From: Bacteroidota bacterium
GTDB lineage: Bacteria > Bacteroidota > Bacteroidia > NS11-12g > UBA9320
Assembly: GCA_016124755.1 (NCBI GenBank)
Contig: WGNA01000031.1
Location: 1 to 64,000 of the forward strand
Reading direction: 5' to 3'
Length of the DNA stretch: 64,000 bases
Part shown: in pieces, positions 28,174 to 38,356 of the stretch
Layout: each line of letters starts with the position of its first letter
Numbering within the stretch: position 1 is the first letter of the stretch
Notes under the pieces: model-generated
Seen by the model: only the letters and a program-made list of their open reading frames with translations
Told to the model about the DNA's origin: nothing
Databases searched by the model: none
Program-made: the position numbers and the translations under genes

Positions 28174-29184
28174 ATGCCTGTAAACCGAAATGCTTTGATT
28201 CGCTACAAAACCATCGATCGGTGTCTGCAAAACCGCTATCGGAAATGGACCCTCGAAGATTTAATAGAGGCATGTTCGGATGCGCTATATGAATACGAAG
28301 GAATCGACAAGGGCGTGAGTCGCCGCACGGTTCAGGCCGACATACAGTTGATGCGCAGCGATAAACTCGGCTACAATGCTCCCATTGCCGTGGTTGATAA
28401 ACGATATTATACCTATTCCGATTCATCGTATTCCATTACGAATATTCCCTTGACGGAGAATGATCTTTCGAAGTTGTCTGAAGCCGTAGAATTTTTAAAA
28501 CAATTTCAGGGATTCACACAATTCCGGGAATTGGATACGATGGTTTCCAAACTCGAAGATCATATTTATGCGCAGCGATCTTCAACCCGACCTGTTATAG
28601 ATTTTGAAAAAAATACCGATTTAAAAGGACTCGAATTTTTAGATGAATTGTATCACGCTATAATTAATAAACACACTGTGAGTTTAACGTATCAGTCGTT
28701 TCAGGCCCGGGATAAATCGAAATTTGATTTTCATCCGTATCTGTTAAAGGAATTCCGGAACCGATGGTTTGTGATTGGCAAAAAGACCGCGAAAGGGAAA
28801 ATTTTGAATCTGGCCCTGGATCGCATTCACGCGGTTGATCGCAGTCATGAAGATTATGCCGAACCCGATAATTTTAATCCGGATTTGTATTTCCGCGATG
28901 TGATCGGTGTAACCGTTAGTGAAAACCTGCGTCCGGTAAATGTGGTGTTAAGAATCACTAATAAACACGCACCGTACATCCTTACTAAACCGCTTCATTC
29001 TTCCCAGAAATTAATTGAGCGAACCGATTCGGGAACCATTATTTCCCTTCGTGTTCAGCACAATTTTGAACTGGAAAAAGAAATTCTTTCTTACGGCGAA
29101 CAGATCGAAGTAATTCTGCCTTTAAAACTTCGACACATGATTGGGAGCAGATTGGCAGAGGCGCAGAAGCCCTATGGGAATTAA
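28174..29184 (+). CDS. HTH + WYL-domain transcriptional regulator (YafY/BrxR-like)
   Basis: The N-terminal wHTH is RYKTIDRCLQN...WTLEDLIEACSD. A central WYL-like block (FHPYLLKEFRNRWFVIGK) follows, with a C-terminal WCX-like domain. 336 aa. Confidence 0.6.
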   Translation: MPVNRNALIRYKTIDRCLQNRYRKWTLEDLIEACSDALYEYEGIDKGVSRRTVQADIQLMRSDKLGYNAPIAVVDKRYYTYSDSSYSITNIPLTENDLSKLSEAVEFLKQFQGFTQFRELDTMVSKLEDHIYAQRSSTRPVIDFEKNTDLKGLEFLDELYHAIINKHTVSLTYQSFQARDKSKFDFHPYLLKEFRNRWFVIGKKTAKGKILNLALDRIHAVDRSHEDYAEPDNFNPDLYFRDVIGVTVSENLRPVNVVLRITNKHAPYILTKPLHSSQKLIERTDSGTIISLRVQHNFELEKEILSYGEQIEVILPLKLRHMIGSRLAEAQKPYGN

Positions 29185-29995
29185 TTAATGAAAAGTATGA
29201 AAATAATTAAGAATTACTGACGAATGCCTTTGAAACTACCGTGTAATAACTTGCTGGCGGAACGGTATTGTCAGTATAAATTGGGGAATTGGGGAATTGG
29301 AGAATGGGGAATACTAACGAAATCCGTTTAGACTTTATGTATGCCGAATGAATTGAAGGTGCGGATTTGTCAGCATACTGACGAATGCCGGGAAAGTGAC
29401 TTGAGAATAGTATTGTGACGGAACGACATTGTCAGCATGAATAGGTGATTCGCGGTATTGTGGCTTGAAGCCTCGCGCACGGAAAATTGCAATGGCGCAA
29501 CATCTTGCGCCTGTCATCTCAAGAAACATCTTGCGCCTAACAACCCGACAGAACAATCTCTTTTAGTAACGGTTGCAAAAATCACTTTGATCCAAATCAA
29601 TATTCTTGGGCCAATAACGCTTTAGTACCTCGAACTGCGTTCGGGACAGGATCGGAAATGAGAGCGGAATTGCCGGTAGTTTTACAAGCGGCAAAAAGCG
29701 ACCGGGGCAAGCTCTTTTGCGCGACAGGAAAACAACGGCAATACAAACGAATTGGAGGGATGGCCCGTAAAACGCCCAAAATCCAAGAGGAATTAATTAA
29801 TGAAAAGTATGAAAATAATTAAGAATTAGGGAATATGTGAATTGGAGAATACTGACGAATGCCGGGAAAGTGACTTGAGAAAAGTATTGTAACGGAACGG
29901 CATTGTCAGCATAAATTGAAGTAGGAAGATTGCAATGGCGCAACATCTTGCGCCTGTTATCTCAAGAAACATCTTGCGACTTACTACACTGCACT
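29185..29995. repeat. mosaic intergenic repeat array, family C, cluster 2 (contains an internal ~230-bp direct duplication)
   Basis: GAATTAATTAATGAAAAGTATGAAAATAATTAAGAATTA appears at both 29184 and 29790. CTGACGAATGCCGGGAAAGTGACTTGAGAA...CATTGTCAGCAT appears at 29380 and 29855. ATTGCAATGGCGCAACATCTTGCGCCTGT appears at 29490 and 29930. Confidence 0.75.
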
Positions 29996-30005
29996 TTTCC
30001 CTAAA

Positions 30006-30236
30006 TCAAAGATCCCAGACCGATCTTCTTTGGCGTGTATGTCCGCGCATTTCCATCCAGAAAGCGACGATGAGATAGAAAAGTACCGGAGAACCAAAGG
30101 TTAAAAACGACGTGTAAATAAAATAGAGCCGGATGCGTGAATCGCTGATTCGCAGTTTTTCACCCAAATAACTGCACACTCCATAAAATCGTTGTTCGAT
30201 GATATACGTCCAGGTTTCAATGACTCTTCTTTTCAT
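30006..30236 (-). CDS. PspC-domain membrane protein
   Basis: FYGVCSYLGEKLRISDSRIRLYFIY...FGSPVLFYLIVAFWM gives the PspC-domain signature. 76 aa. Confidence 0.6.
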   Translation of the reverse strand: MKRRVIETWTYIIEQRFYGVCSYLGEKLRISDSRIRLYFIYTSFLTFGSPVLFYLIVAFWMEMRGHTRQRRSVWDL

Positions 30237-30415
30237 GCGGTCTGCGGTTTTGTTTATGAGGCAAATATATAAATGAGGTAAATAATTTCCTTGTGAACCA
30301 AAGGCTTTTGGAATCTTGGAATATCAATATGCGGGTGGTGTCGGGTTATAAATGTAGGGTTCGGAAACATGGCAACCGATTGATCATCTGACCAATAATT
30401 GCCTAACTTGCAGGT

Positions 30416-30994
30416 ATGTCCGGGGGCAGAAAACTGAATGTGCCCAATATTTTATCGGGTTACCGCCTGTTGTCATTCCCCTTTTTGTTGTGGATGATCA
30501 TCGACGGGAGGGAAGATCTTTTCGTTGTCTTTTTCGTGATTAATCTCATTACCGACATTCTCGACGGAATGATCGCCCGAAGCTTTAATTTACAAACCGA
30601 ATTTGGCTCACGGCTCGATTCACTTGCCGACGATGGAACATATATTCTTGCCATTACAGGAGTTTTAAAATTTCATTATGATGATTTCGAACCACATTTC
30701 TTCAGCTTTTTTGTTTTTGTTTCACTCTTTATTCTCACCATTATTATTTCGTTGATCCGGTTTAAAAAAACACCGAGTCTTCATTTGTATTCGTGGAAAA
30801 TCGGAGGCTATATGCAGGGAATATTTCTTTTTACGGTCTTTGTTTTCGGGTTTAATGTTCTGTTTTATTACGGTGTAATTATCTGGGGAATTTTATCTTT
30901 TGTCGAACACATTGTTGTGCAGTTTCAGCTAAATGAAATGAGTTCGAATGCAAAAGGCCTTTACTGGATTTTAAAGGATAAAAGGAGAATGTGA
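30416..30994 (+). CDS. CDP-alcohol phosphatidyltransferase family protein
   Basis: Motif DILDGMIARSFNLQTEFGSRLDSLADD, matching D(x)2DG(x)2AR(x)8G(x)3D(x)3D. Multiple TM helices. Confidence 0.75.
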   Translation: MSGGRKLNVPNILSGYRLLSFPFLLWMIIDGREDLFVVFFVINLITDILDGMIARSFNLQTEFGSRLDSLADDGTYILAITGVLKFHYDDFEPHFFSFFVFVSLFILTIIISLIRFKKTPSLHLYSWKIGGYMQGIFLFTVFVFGFNVLFYYGVIIWGILSFVEHIVVQFQLNEMSSNAKGLYWILKDKRRM

Positions 30995-31704
30995 TGATTC
31001 AGACTCTCTACATAGTTCTGTTAGCCTTTGTATTATTCGGAGGATTTCTCAACTATCTGGTATGCCGCAATATTTCTCGAATTGCTAAAAAGGAAAAGTG
31101 GAAGAAATATTTTGTTTATGTACTGATTGTACATCTCGTTTTTATTTCCATCGCAATGGGAAATGAAATTTATGCATGGGTTAATCTGGCATTGGTGATA
31201 ATGGCTCTTTCCGAGATAATCCGGCTAATGATTCTGCGTGGTAAGTGGATTACCGGACTAACGGGTTTGGTGGTTCTGGGAGCTTTTGCCATTCCGTTTG
31301 TCAGGTTTGGTTTTATGGATTCCGAAACCCATTTTATTGTATTTTTTATTGTAATTGTTTTTGATGCTTTTTCTCAATTAATAGGTCAGCTTTTCGGTCG
31401 CAACACACTTTGGAAATGGGTGAGTCCGAACAAAACAGTGGAAGGTGTAATCGGCGGATTTGTCTTTGCTTTTTTAGTGTATGAAACACTTTCGGCATTC
31501 GTAATTCGATCGGCACCGGTTGAACATGTGCCGGCAGTTTTTATTTGTATTGCGGCATTGTGTGGTGATTTGTTGGCCTCGGCTTTAAAGCGCTTTTTTG
31601 GTGTGAAAGATTACAACAATTTATTGCCCGGTCAGGGTGGATTTCTCGACCGTTTCGACAGCTATATTATGGCCGGAGCCGTAATTTATATTTTGTCTGT
31701 ATAA
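30991..31704 (+). CDS. cdsA: phosphatidate cytidylyltransferase (CDP-diglyceride synthase)
   Basis: C-terminal signature KTVEGVIGG...SALKRFFGVKDYNNLLPGQGGFLDRFDS. Overlaps the upstream gene by 4 nt. Confidence 0.75.
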   Translation: MMIQTLYIVLLAFVLFGGFLNYLVCRNISRIAKKEKWKKYFVYVLIVHLVFISIAMGNEIYAWVNLALVIMALSEIIRLMILRGKWITGLTGLVVLGAFAIPFVRFGFMDSETHFIVFFIVIVFDAFSQLIGQLFGRNTLWKWVSPNKTVEGVIGGFVFAFLVYETLSAFVIRSAPVEHVPAVFICIAALCGDLLASALKRFFGVKDYNNLLPGQGGFLDRFDSYIMAGAVIYILSV

Positions 31705-32999
31705 GTTTCAATTTCGGGTTCTTCCAAAATAGTTTTACCAATTCCGCAATGCAGACAATTGCGATTCATGCAGGATTCGTGATACAATTGATACGCGCCC
31801 TGACTCCCGGCGGCATTGGGAATTTCGAATCCGTTTTCTAAAAACATCCTCACGACTTTATTATTCTCACTTGGAATTGTTGTCATCACCCGGATTAATT
31901 CGTTTTTACTTTTCAAATCATTCTTCCAATGCGCATTTGCCAATCGAACCGGAATAATGGCGTTAATGGCAATATTTTGAATTAATGAAGACCCCGGAAT
32001 TTTTGCTTTTGAATTTGAAATTTCCCCTAATCGATAATGGCTTTTCCAATATTCGGATGGTTCGGTTTTAAAAGTATTGCGGATCATTTTCCAGGAATTC
32101 AGATCTTTCATTTCCGAATAAAGTTCAGGTTTTTCCGACATTAAAGCCGACAGTTGGGCCAGCCGGATCGTCGGGAAATTAGCCGGACGCAATCGCATAA
32201 ATTTCCACTGGTCTGTTGAAATGGAAGTGAGGTTGTGTTTTTTCGAGAGAAACCGGAATTCGTTCACTAATGCATGTTCGTATTCGTCTCGCGGAATTTC
32301 ATCTTTGTTCGCGTACAGAAATCCGGCAACTCCAAAAAATAAGGCTTCAATTAAATTGGGCTTATCGGCATATTTTGAAATTAGATTAAACGATAATCTG
32401 CGGCTTAGTAATTCGAACGGCTGACTGTTTACCCATGCGCCAAATGCCCGGCAAACATAACGGTACATTACGGCGTTCCAGTCGAATTCGCATTTGGAAG
32501 CAACTTTTAGAATCGATTGAATTTTGAATTCCATCCGGTTTAAAAAGCGAAGGGTTATTTCTTCGTTTTTGATTTCCGGTTGTACATCATTCAGAAAAGA
32601 CGCACACGTTAATTTCGATGAAGACTGGAGCAACCAATCGTATTTCGACCGTAGTTTAGGGAAAATGCGACTGCCGATTTCAAGGCACGGAATACGGCTG
32701 CCATTCGATCGAAAAACTTCGCGATTACATGCATAGCAAACATGGAGAATAACCGAATCATAGGCCCGGTCACTGTCGTGGTTGTGATCGAACCAGTCGG
32801 AGCTCTGAAGATGAATTTCAACATTGCCCGCCCACATTTGTCCGTTGATGCGAATTATCGCGTTTTCAAAATCAGGCCCTGAGTTGTGCTGCAATTGTCC
32901 GGCTTCTATAATCTCAATGGTTTCGCCGGTTGTCGCTTTTAATTCACGCGTATCAAACGACGTGGTTTGCCAGATAAAGTGTATGAATTCTTCTTGCAT
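31686..32999 (-). CDS. DUF2851-family protein
   Basis: N-terminus MQEEFIHFIWQ.... 437 aa, conserved in Bacteroidota. Confidence 0.55.
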   Translation of the reverse strand: MQEEFIHFIWQTTSFDTRELKATTGETIEIIEAGQLQHNSGPDFENAIIRINGQMWAGNVEIHLQSSDWFDHNHDSDRAYDSVILHVCYACNREVFRSNGSRIPCLEIGSRIFPKLRSKYDWLLQSSSKLTCASFLNDVQPEIKNEEITLRFLNRMEFKIQSILKVASKCEFDWNAVMYRYVCRAFGAWVNSQPFELLSRRLSFNLISKYADKPNLIEALFFGVAGFLYANKDEIPRDEYEHALVNEFRFLSKKHNLTSISTDQWKFMRLRPANFPTIRLAQLSALMSEKPELYSEMKDLNSWKMIRNTFKTEPSEYWKSHYRLGEISNSKAKIPGSSLIQNIAINAIIPVRLANAHWKNDLKSKNELIRVMTTIPSENNKVVRMFLENGFEIPNAAGSQGAYQLYHESCMNRNCLHCGIGKTILEEPEIETYTDKI

Positions 33000-33218
33000 T
33001 TCATGGTTGGTTTGTACCTGAGAAATAAATTGGAAAATCTATTACGAGATTAAAACCCTCCACCACGTAAATGAATGTCATTTCGCTTACTCACCATCCG
33101 ACTTCTACTGGATGATTCCGTCGCGAACTAACACATGATATTGGGTTTTACTCACTTACAACGATTTTCCAATTCATTTTCCGGGTTGGTGGTTTATTAA
33201 TGAGTAAAATGAAAATCC

Positions 33219-34046
33219 TTAACTCGTCCCGGGAATCAGCCCGTGATTCGTCAGTAGAATCTCCATATCTTCCTGTAGTTTTTTGGCTTCTTCTCCGGCT
33301 CTGATCGCGAAATCTTCATCGGAGGAAGCGTAAATTATTCCTCGTGATGAATTCACTAACAAACCGCAACGACTGTTCATTCCCTGTTCCGAAACATCTT
33401 GCAAACTTCCGCCCTGAGCGCCGACTCCGGGAACCAACAGGAAGTGATCCGGAATAAGTGTTCGAATTCGGTTGAGCATATCGGTCTGAGTGGCACCAAC
33501 AACAAACATCATCTGATCTACACTTCCCCAGGTGGTTGCCGTTTCCAAAACCTTTTCGAACAAATAGCTGTTTCCGACTTTCAGGTATTGAAAATCCTGG
33601 CTTCCCGGATTGGAAGTAAGTGCCAGAATAATGGCGGTTTTCCCTGTTTTTAGAAAAGGTTCAACGCTATCTTTTCCCATATACGGGTTCACGGTGATGC
33701 TGTCGAAATTGAGGTTTTCCAGAAAAGCGCGGGCGTACATTTTTCCCGTATTACCGATGTCGCCTCGTTTGGCATCCGCAATCGTGTAACAATCGGCAGG
33801 AATGCATTTCAGGGTTTCCTCCATGATTTCCCAACCGGCGGTTCCGTATTGTTCGTAAAATGCCGTGTTAATTTTATAGGCAACTGCAAAAGGCGAAGTT
33901 GCTTCAATTATCGCCTGATTAAACCGGAGGATGGCCTCCACATTATCACCCAAATGAGCCGGTAACTTTTTTAAATCCGTATCTAAACCCACGCACAGAT
34001 AGCTGCGTTTCCGGATGATCTGTTCAAACAGTTGCTGATTGTTCAT
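33219..34046 (-). CDS. pyrF: orotidine-5'-phosphate decarboxylase (type 2)
   Basis: Motifs LCVGLDTD, DAKRGDIGNT and VPGVGAQGG. 275 aa. Confidence 0.8.
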   Translation of the reverse strand: MNNQQLFEQIIRKRSYLCVGLDTDLKKLPAHLGDNVEAILRFNQAIIEATSPFAVAYKINTAFYEQYGTAGWEIMEETLKCIPADCYTIADAKRGDIGNTGKMYARAFLENLNFDSITVNPYMGKDSVEPFLKTGKTAIILALTSNPGSQDFQYLKVGNSYLFEKVLETATTWGSVDQMMFVVGATQTDMLNRIRTLIPDHFLLVPGVGAQGGSLQDVSEQGMNSRCGLLVNSSRGIIYASSDEDFAIRAGEEAKKLQEDMEILLTNHGLIPGTS

Positions 34047-34154
34047 GAATTTGATGCACTAATGCCGGCAAAATTAAGATGTCGGCGTAAAGTGCGGGTT
34101 GTTAAGGTTCGGGTAATTGCTGAACGCTTCGATTCTATCACCGAACGCCCCGAC

Positions 34155-35207
34155 TCACCACGAAACCATGCTCTCGAAATACTTTATCACACATCGTTTT
34201 CCGCTGGCAACCAGTGCTTCTTTCTCTTCTTTTTTGAGTTTTCTTACCTTGGTTCCGGCATCGAGTCCGTCGATGGAAATGGTTCTGGCCCAATCGGCGG
34301 GGGAGAGGTTGAGGCGATTTATTTTTTCGAACGACATATCGTACATCGCCCGCATATATGGTGAGAACCCGTCGATCAACGATGGCTTTTTTTCCATCCC
34401 GTTACGATCGTGTTCAATTTGTTCGGTGTTGTCTAACCGCAACCCCAAGGTGTTTGGATTCGGTTTGTATTCCACACATTTATCATCACAAATTAATGAA
34501 TCAAAAACGTGAATCGGATAATTCATCAGCAGTCCGCCATCGACCATTAAAAGCGTGCTGTCGTTCATTTTCTTGTGAGAAATAATCTTGCCTTGCGGAG
34601 TCATAAAAATCGTTTCGAAATGCATGGGCAGCGTAGAACTTATCCGGATTGCATCCACCAATTTCATGTCGGGGAAAGACTCATAAGAAAAAATAATGGT
34701 TTGCCGGTTGTTGAGGCAGGTGCCGGTTACATACAGGTCTTTGTATTTACTTTTTAATTGTGCAGAATCGTGCAATTCTCGGAAGGTGATGTTGCGGTTG
34801 CCGGTGTATTTCTCCAACACATCACCAATCATTTTTGCATACCGGTCTGAACTGTTGATTCCGTATGATCGTTTCATCCTCCGGTACGGACCAATCAGCG
34901 GAAATCCCTTTTGATTGAATTTTCGATGATTGGTTGCCATACTCACTTCGTAAATTTCTTGTGGCGTCATTCCGATGGCGAGCAACGCTCCGTTTAACGC
35001 GCCGCTGCTCGTTCCGGCAATGCGTTTCAGAGAATCGAGCATGTGCAAACTATCTAATGCCATAAAAGCACCTGGATAGGTCATACCTTTCATTCCACCC
35101 CCTTCCAGCACAAGGTTGTAAACGGGATGTTGAGCTTTCGATGAAGAGCTAATTAGTTGAAAAGAAATACATATCAAAGATGAAAACAGGACGCTTCGCA
35201 TACTCAT
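34155..35207 (-). CDS. patatin-like phospholipase
   Basis: Oxyanion hole GGGMKG, GTSSG nucleophile elbow, and catalytic D in VDGG. Signal peptide. Confidence 0.85.
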   Translation of the reverse strand: MSMRSVLFSSLICISFQLISSSSKAQHPVYNLVLEGGGMKGMTYPGAFMALDSLHMLDSLKRIAGTSSGALNGALLAIGMTPQEIYEVSMATNHRKFNQKGFPLIGPYRRMKRSYGINSSDRYAKMIGDVLEKYTGNRNITFRELHDSAQLKSKYKDLYVTGTCLNNRQTIIFSYESFPDMKLVDAIRISSTLPMHFETIFMTPQGKIISHKKMNDSTLLMVDGGLLMNYPIHVFDSLICDDKCVEYKPNPNTLGLRLDNTEQIEHDRNGMEKKPSLIDGFSPYMRAMYDMSFEKINRLNLSPADWARTISIDGLDAGTKVRKLKKEEKEALVASGKRCVIKYFESMVSW

Positions 35208-35905
35208 TTACCAACAACGAAAACAGCAGGACGTTTGTGCAGGGAGCTAAGATCACCCGTAAATTCTTTCAGCGGTTTTCGAATAATCTGTTCGGATGGA
35301 AGGGAAATATCAACGCCAACGCACAATTCAATTTCGCCCGGCAAACTCAGTTTCAACTCTTCAATAATCTTTTCATTCCGATACGGAGTTTCAATAAAAA
35401 TCTGCGTTTCTCCCCTTTTTACAGAAGGTAGAATTTCTTTTAAAAGGTTCTTCTTTTCTGTTTTATCATGGGGCAGATATCCGTGAAAACGGAATTGCTG
35501 ACCGGTAAATCCCGACGCCATTAAAGCCATCATAATTGAAGACAAGCCATGAAAAGGAATAATGGGAATGCCTTTTTTATGAGCTAAACGAACCATCTGA
35601 AATCCCGGATCTGCAACACAGGGAAGTCCGGCATCACTCATTAGTCCCATGTCGGAACCAGTAAGAGCCGGCTCCAGAAAAGACCCGATTGAGTTGAGAT
35701 CCGTGTGTTTGTTTAACGGAAATAATATCAGATCATCCTGAGGAATTTCTGTCCCTATACTTTTCAGAAATGCGCGAGCAGGTTTTTCATTTTCCACAAC
35801 AAAATGGCGAATTGATTTAATCTGCTTTTTATAAAATTCAGGAATCAGATCCGGATCGTTTTGCCCCAGATAGGTGGGTATCAGGAATAACTTTCCGGTT
35901 GACAA
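35204..35905 (-). CDS. tetrapyrrole-methylase-fold SAM-dependent methyltransferase (RsmI-like)
   Basis: N-terminus GKLFLIPTYLGQ...RHFVVENEKPARAFL and mid-region GLMSDAGLPCVADPG. 233 aa. Confidence 0.55.
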   Translation of the reverse strand: MSTGKLFLIPTYLGQNDPDLIPEFYKKQIKSIRHFVVENEKPARAFLKSIGTEIPQDDLILFPLNKHTDLNSIGSFLEPALTGSDMGLMSDAGLPCVADPGFQMVRLAHKKGIPIIPFHGLSSIMMALMASGFTGQQFRFHGYLPHDKTEKKNLLKEILPSVKRGETQIFIETPYRNEKIIEELKLSLPGEIELCVGVDISLPSEQIIRKPLKEFTGDLSSLHKRPAVFVVGK

Positions 35906-35913
35906 GCTCCGAA

Positions 35914-38121
35914 TTATTTAGACGTTCGCACCATGTCTTCGGCAATTTGAAGACTTTCGTACAGGTACACATCTTTTTTAATGGATTTGTACCAGTCTTC
36001 GGCTCTCTTTTTCTTCAGATCGTCAACTTCCATTTCCTTTTTATCGGCAGATAAGGTGGTAACGGTAAGGTCGTCGTGCGTTGTGAAAAGTTTGTTGAAG
36101 GCATCGCTCAATTCTTTTCGGGCTTTCTGTTCAGCGCGATATTTTTCGAGGTTGAGTGTGTACGTTGTTGTTTCACTTTGTTCTTTCCAGCGCTTCGCAT
36201 TGGTTTCGATTTCACCGAATACCGGATTGGCTTTCGTTCTCTTTTCGCTCGCTCTTTTCAGCATGTCCATCCGAAGAACCGCATTGGTTTTGGTATATTC
36301 GGCAGATGCGATTTTATCCCATGGCATGGCAAATTTTTCTTCGCGTTCACCGGTTTTCAAATAGGTGTAGTTATCCGGCCAGATAATGTCGGGAACAACA
36401 CCGTTTAATTGAGTCGCTCCTCCGTTCACCCGGTAAAATTTCTGGGTAGTGAGTTTCAATGAACCGAGGTCGTCGTAATCGTTGCTTCTCAGGGTCTGAT
36501 TTAAATCGATGAATCGCTGAACGGTTCCTTTTCCGTGGGTTTGATGGGAGCCCACAATCACCGCGCGGTTGTAATCCTGAAGTGCAGCTGCCATAATTTC
36601 GGAAGCCGATGCGCTGAATTCATTTACCATTACTACGATTGGTTTGTCCCATTCCATATCCGCGTTGTTATCCTTCATAATGTACGGATCCGAGTTTCTG
36701 GATTTAACCTGTACGATCGGACCTTTAGGGATAAAGAGTCCGGCCATTTCAACCACGTCGTTAAGCGATCCGCCACCATTGTTCCGCATATCGAAAATCA
36801 GGGCCATCGCACCGTCTTCTTTCAATTTTCGCACTTCATCCCGCACGTCTTTCCAACTGGTTCTTCCGTTGTGGTCGTTGAAATCGGTGTAGAAACTTGG
36901 CAAATAAATGTATCCGGTTTTAATGCCGTTCTTATCGTGAATCATGGTGGATTTCGCAAAAGTTTCTTCCAGTACAATCACTTCGCGAATGATCGGAATC
37001 ACCTTAACACTTCCATCTGGTTTCTGAACCGTAAGCCTCACTTCGGTTCCTTTTTTACCGCGGATAATTTTAACCGCATCATCAATACGCGCGTTCACAA
37101 TATCAACCGGAGCCTCTTTTCCCTGTGCCACTTTCAGAATTAAATCGTTTGCCTGAAGTTCTCCCTGAATGGCAGAAGGAGATCCCGGAACAATAGAAAC
37201 CACGCGGATGTAACCGTCTTTCTCCTGTAGGGTTGCACCGATACCTTCTAATTTACCGGAGATATGAATGTCGAAATTGTCTTTGTCGGCCGGTGGGAAA
37301 TAACCGGTGTGCGGATCGAAAAGCATGGTAAGTGAATTTACATACGTTGCCATACGGTCTTTACGGTTGAGTCGTGCAATTCGGTCGAACCATTCGTTGT
37401 GCGTTTTCAGCACAGCTTTTCTGGCGTCTTCCTCCATGGTTTCGAAGGTTTTAATTTCGGTACCGGCATCGGTAACCGTTTCCGGAACAGATTCGGTAAC
37501 ATCCATTTCCGGATCTTCAGAAGCATCAGTAGCATTGAGTTCCGGAGCAACGTCGAAGCCGTTTTCCGATTTATCCGATTTTGCTTTTTCAACGGTAGCT
37601 TCCTGCACATCCATTGCAGAAGCCAGGCGGGTCATAACACTGTATTTCAAATATTTTCTCCAGCGATCTTTTAGCTCTTCACTGTTTTTGGCGTAGGGCA
37701 GATCCTCACTAAAATTTACCGATTCGTTCACGGTAAAGTTGAACGGTTTGTCCAGAATTTCCTTGTAATACGATTGGGTCTCTTTAACCCGTGTCGCCAT
37801 TAATTCGAGCGATTTATTAAAAAATTCGTAGGTGCCGTTTTGGCTCTCATTATCGATCTCTTTTTTGTATTGTTCTAAAATTTTGATGTCTTCCTGAGTC
37901 AGAAATCGTTTGTTCGGATCGAGGTTTTCAAGATAGTTGGTCCAGGCTTTTTCGGAGAAATTATCATCAATCGGAATCGGATTGTAATGTGCCTGTCTGA
38001 GATTTTCAAGAATCACTTTTACGAGAATGTCTTCTCCGGAATTTTCTGTTTTAAGATAGAAACCTGCACTGATGAGGGTAACCGGTACGATTACCATCAG
38101 CGACTTGATCCATTTATTCAT
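35914..38121 (-). CDS. carboxy-terminal processing (tail-specific) protease, S41 family
   Basis: PDZ domain (PGSPSAIQGELQANDLILKV). S41 catalytic block (LIFDMRNNGGGSL ... SASASE). 735 aa. Confidence 0.85.
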   Translation of the reverse strand: MNKWIKSLMVIVPVTLISAGFYLKTENSGEDILVKVILENLRQAHYNPIPIDDNFSEKAWTNYLENLDPNKRFLTQEDIKILEQYKKEIDNESQNGTYEFFNKSLELMATRVKETQSYYKEILDKPFNFTVNESVNFSEDLPYAKNSEELKDRWRKYLKYSVMTRLASAMDVQEATVEKAKSDKSENGFDVAPELNATDASEDPEMDVTESVPETVTDAGTEIKTFETMEEDARKAVLKTHNEWFDRIARLNRKDRMATYVNSLTMLFDPHTGYFPPADKDNFDIHISGKLEGIGATLQEKDGYIRVVSIVPGSPSAIQGELQANDLILKVAQGKEAPVDIVNARIDDAVKIIRGKKGTEVRLTVQKPDGSVKVIPIIREVIVLEETFAKSTMIHDKNGIKTGYIYLPSFYTDFNDHNGRTSWKDVRDEVRKLKEDGAMALIFDMRNNGGGSLNDVVEMAGLFIPKGPIVQVKSRNSDPYIMKDNNADMEWDKPIVVMVNEFSASASEIMAAALQDYNRAVIVGSHQTHGKGTVQRFIDLNQTLRSNDYDDLGSLKLTTQKFYRVNGGATQLNGVVPDIIWPDNYTYLKTGEREEKFAMPWDKIASAEYTKTNAVLRMDMLKRASEKRTKANPVFGEIETNAKRWKEQSETTTYTLNLEKYRAEQKARKELSDAFNKLFTTHDDLTVTTLSADKKEMEVDDLKKKRAEDWYKSIKKDVYLYESLQIAEDMVRTSK

Positions 38122-38356
38122 ATGCGTTTAGCGTGTTGATGTTCAGAACTAAAAACAGTTTGACCGTGAGGTTAAACGTTGGACAAAAATACACACATCC
38201 ATGCTGCACGGACGCGAAAAGTGAACGGGAAAATACGGTGAGGGTGCAGCAGCTTGTCCGTTTTTCGATGTTTTTGATCTATCCGACGACCAGTGACGAT
38301 GCGAAGACAGGAAACAGAAGCAATGTATTTATTTTGCCCGACCCAAATTTGAATGT

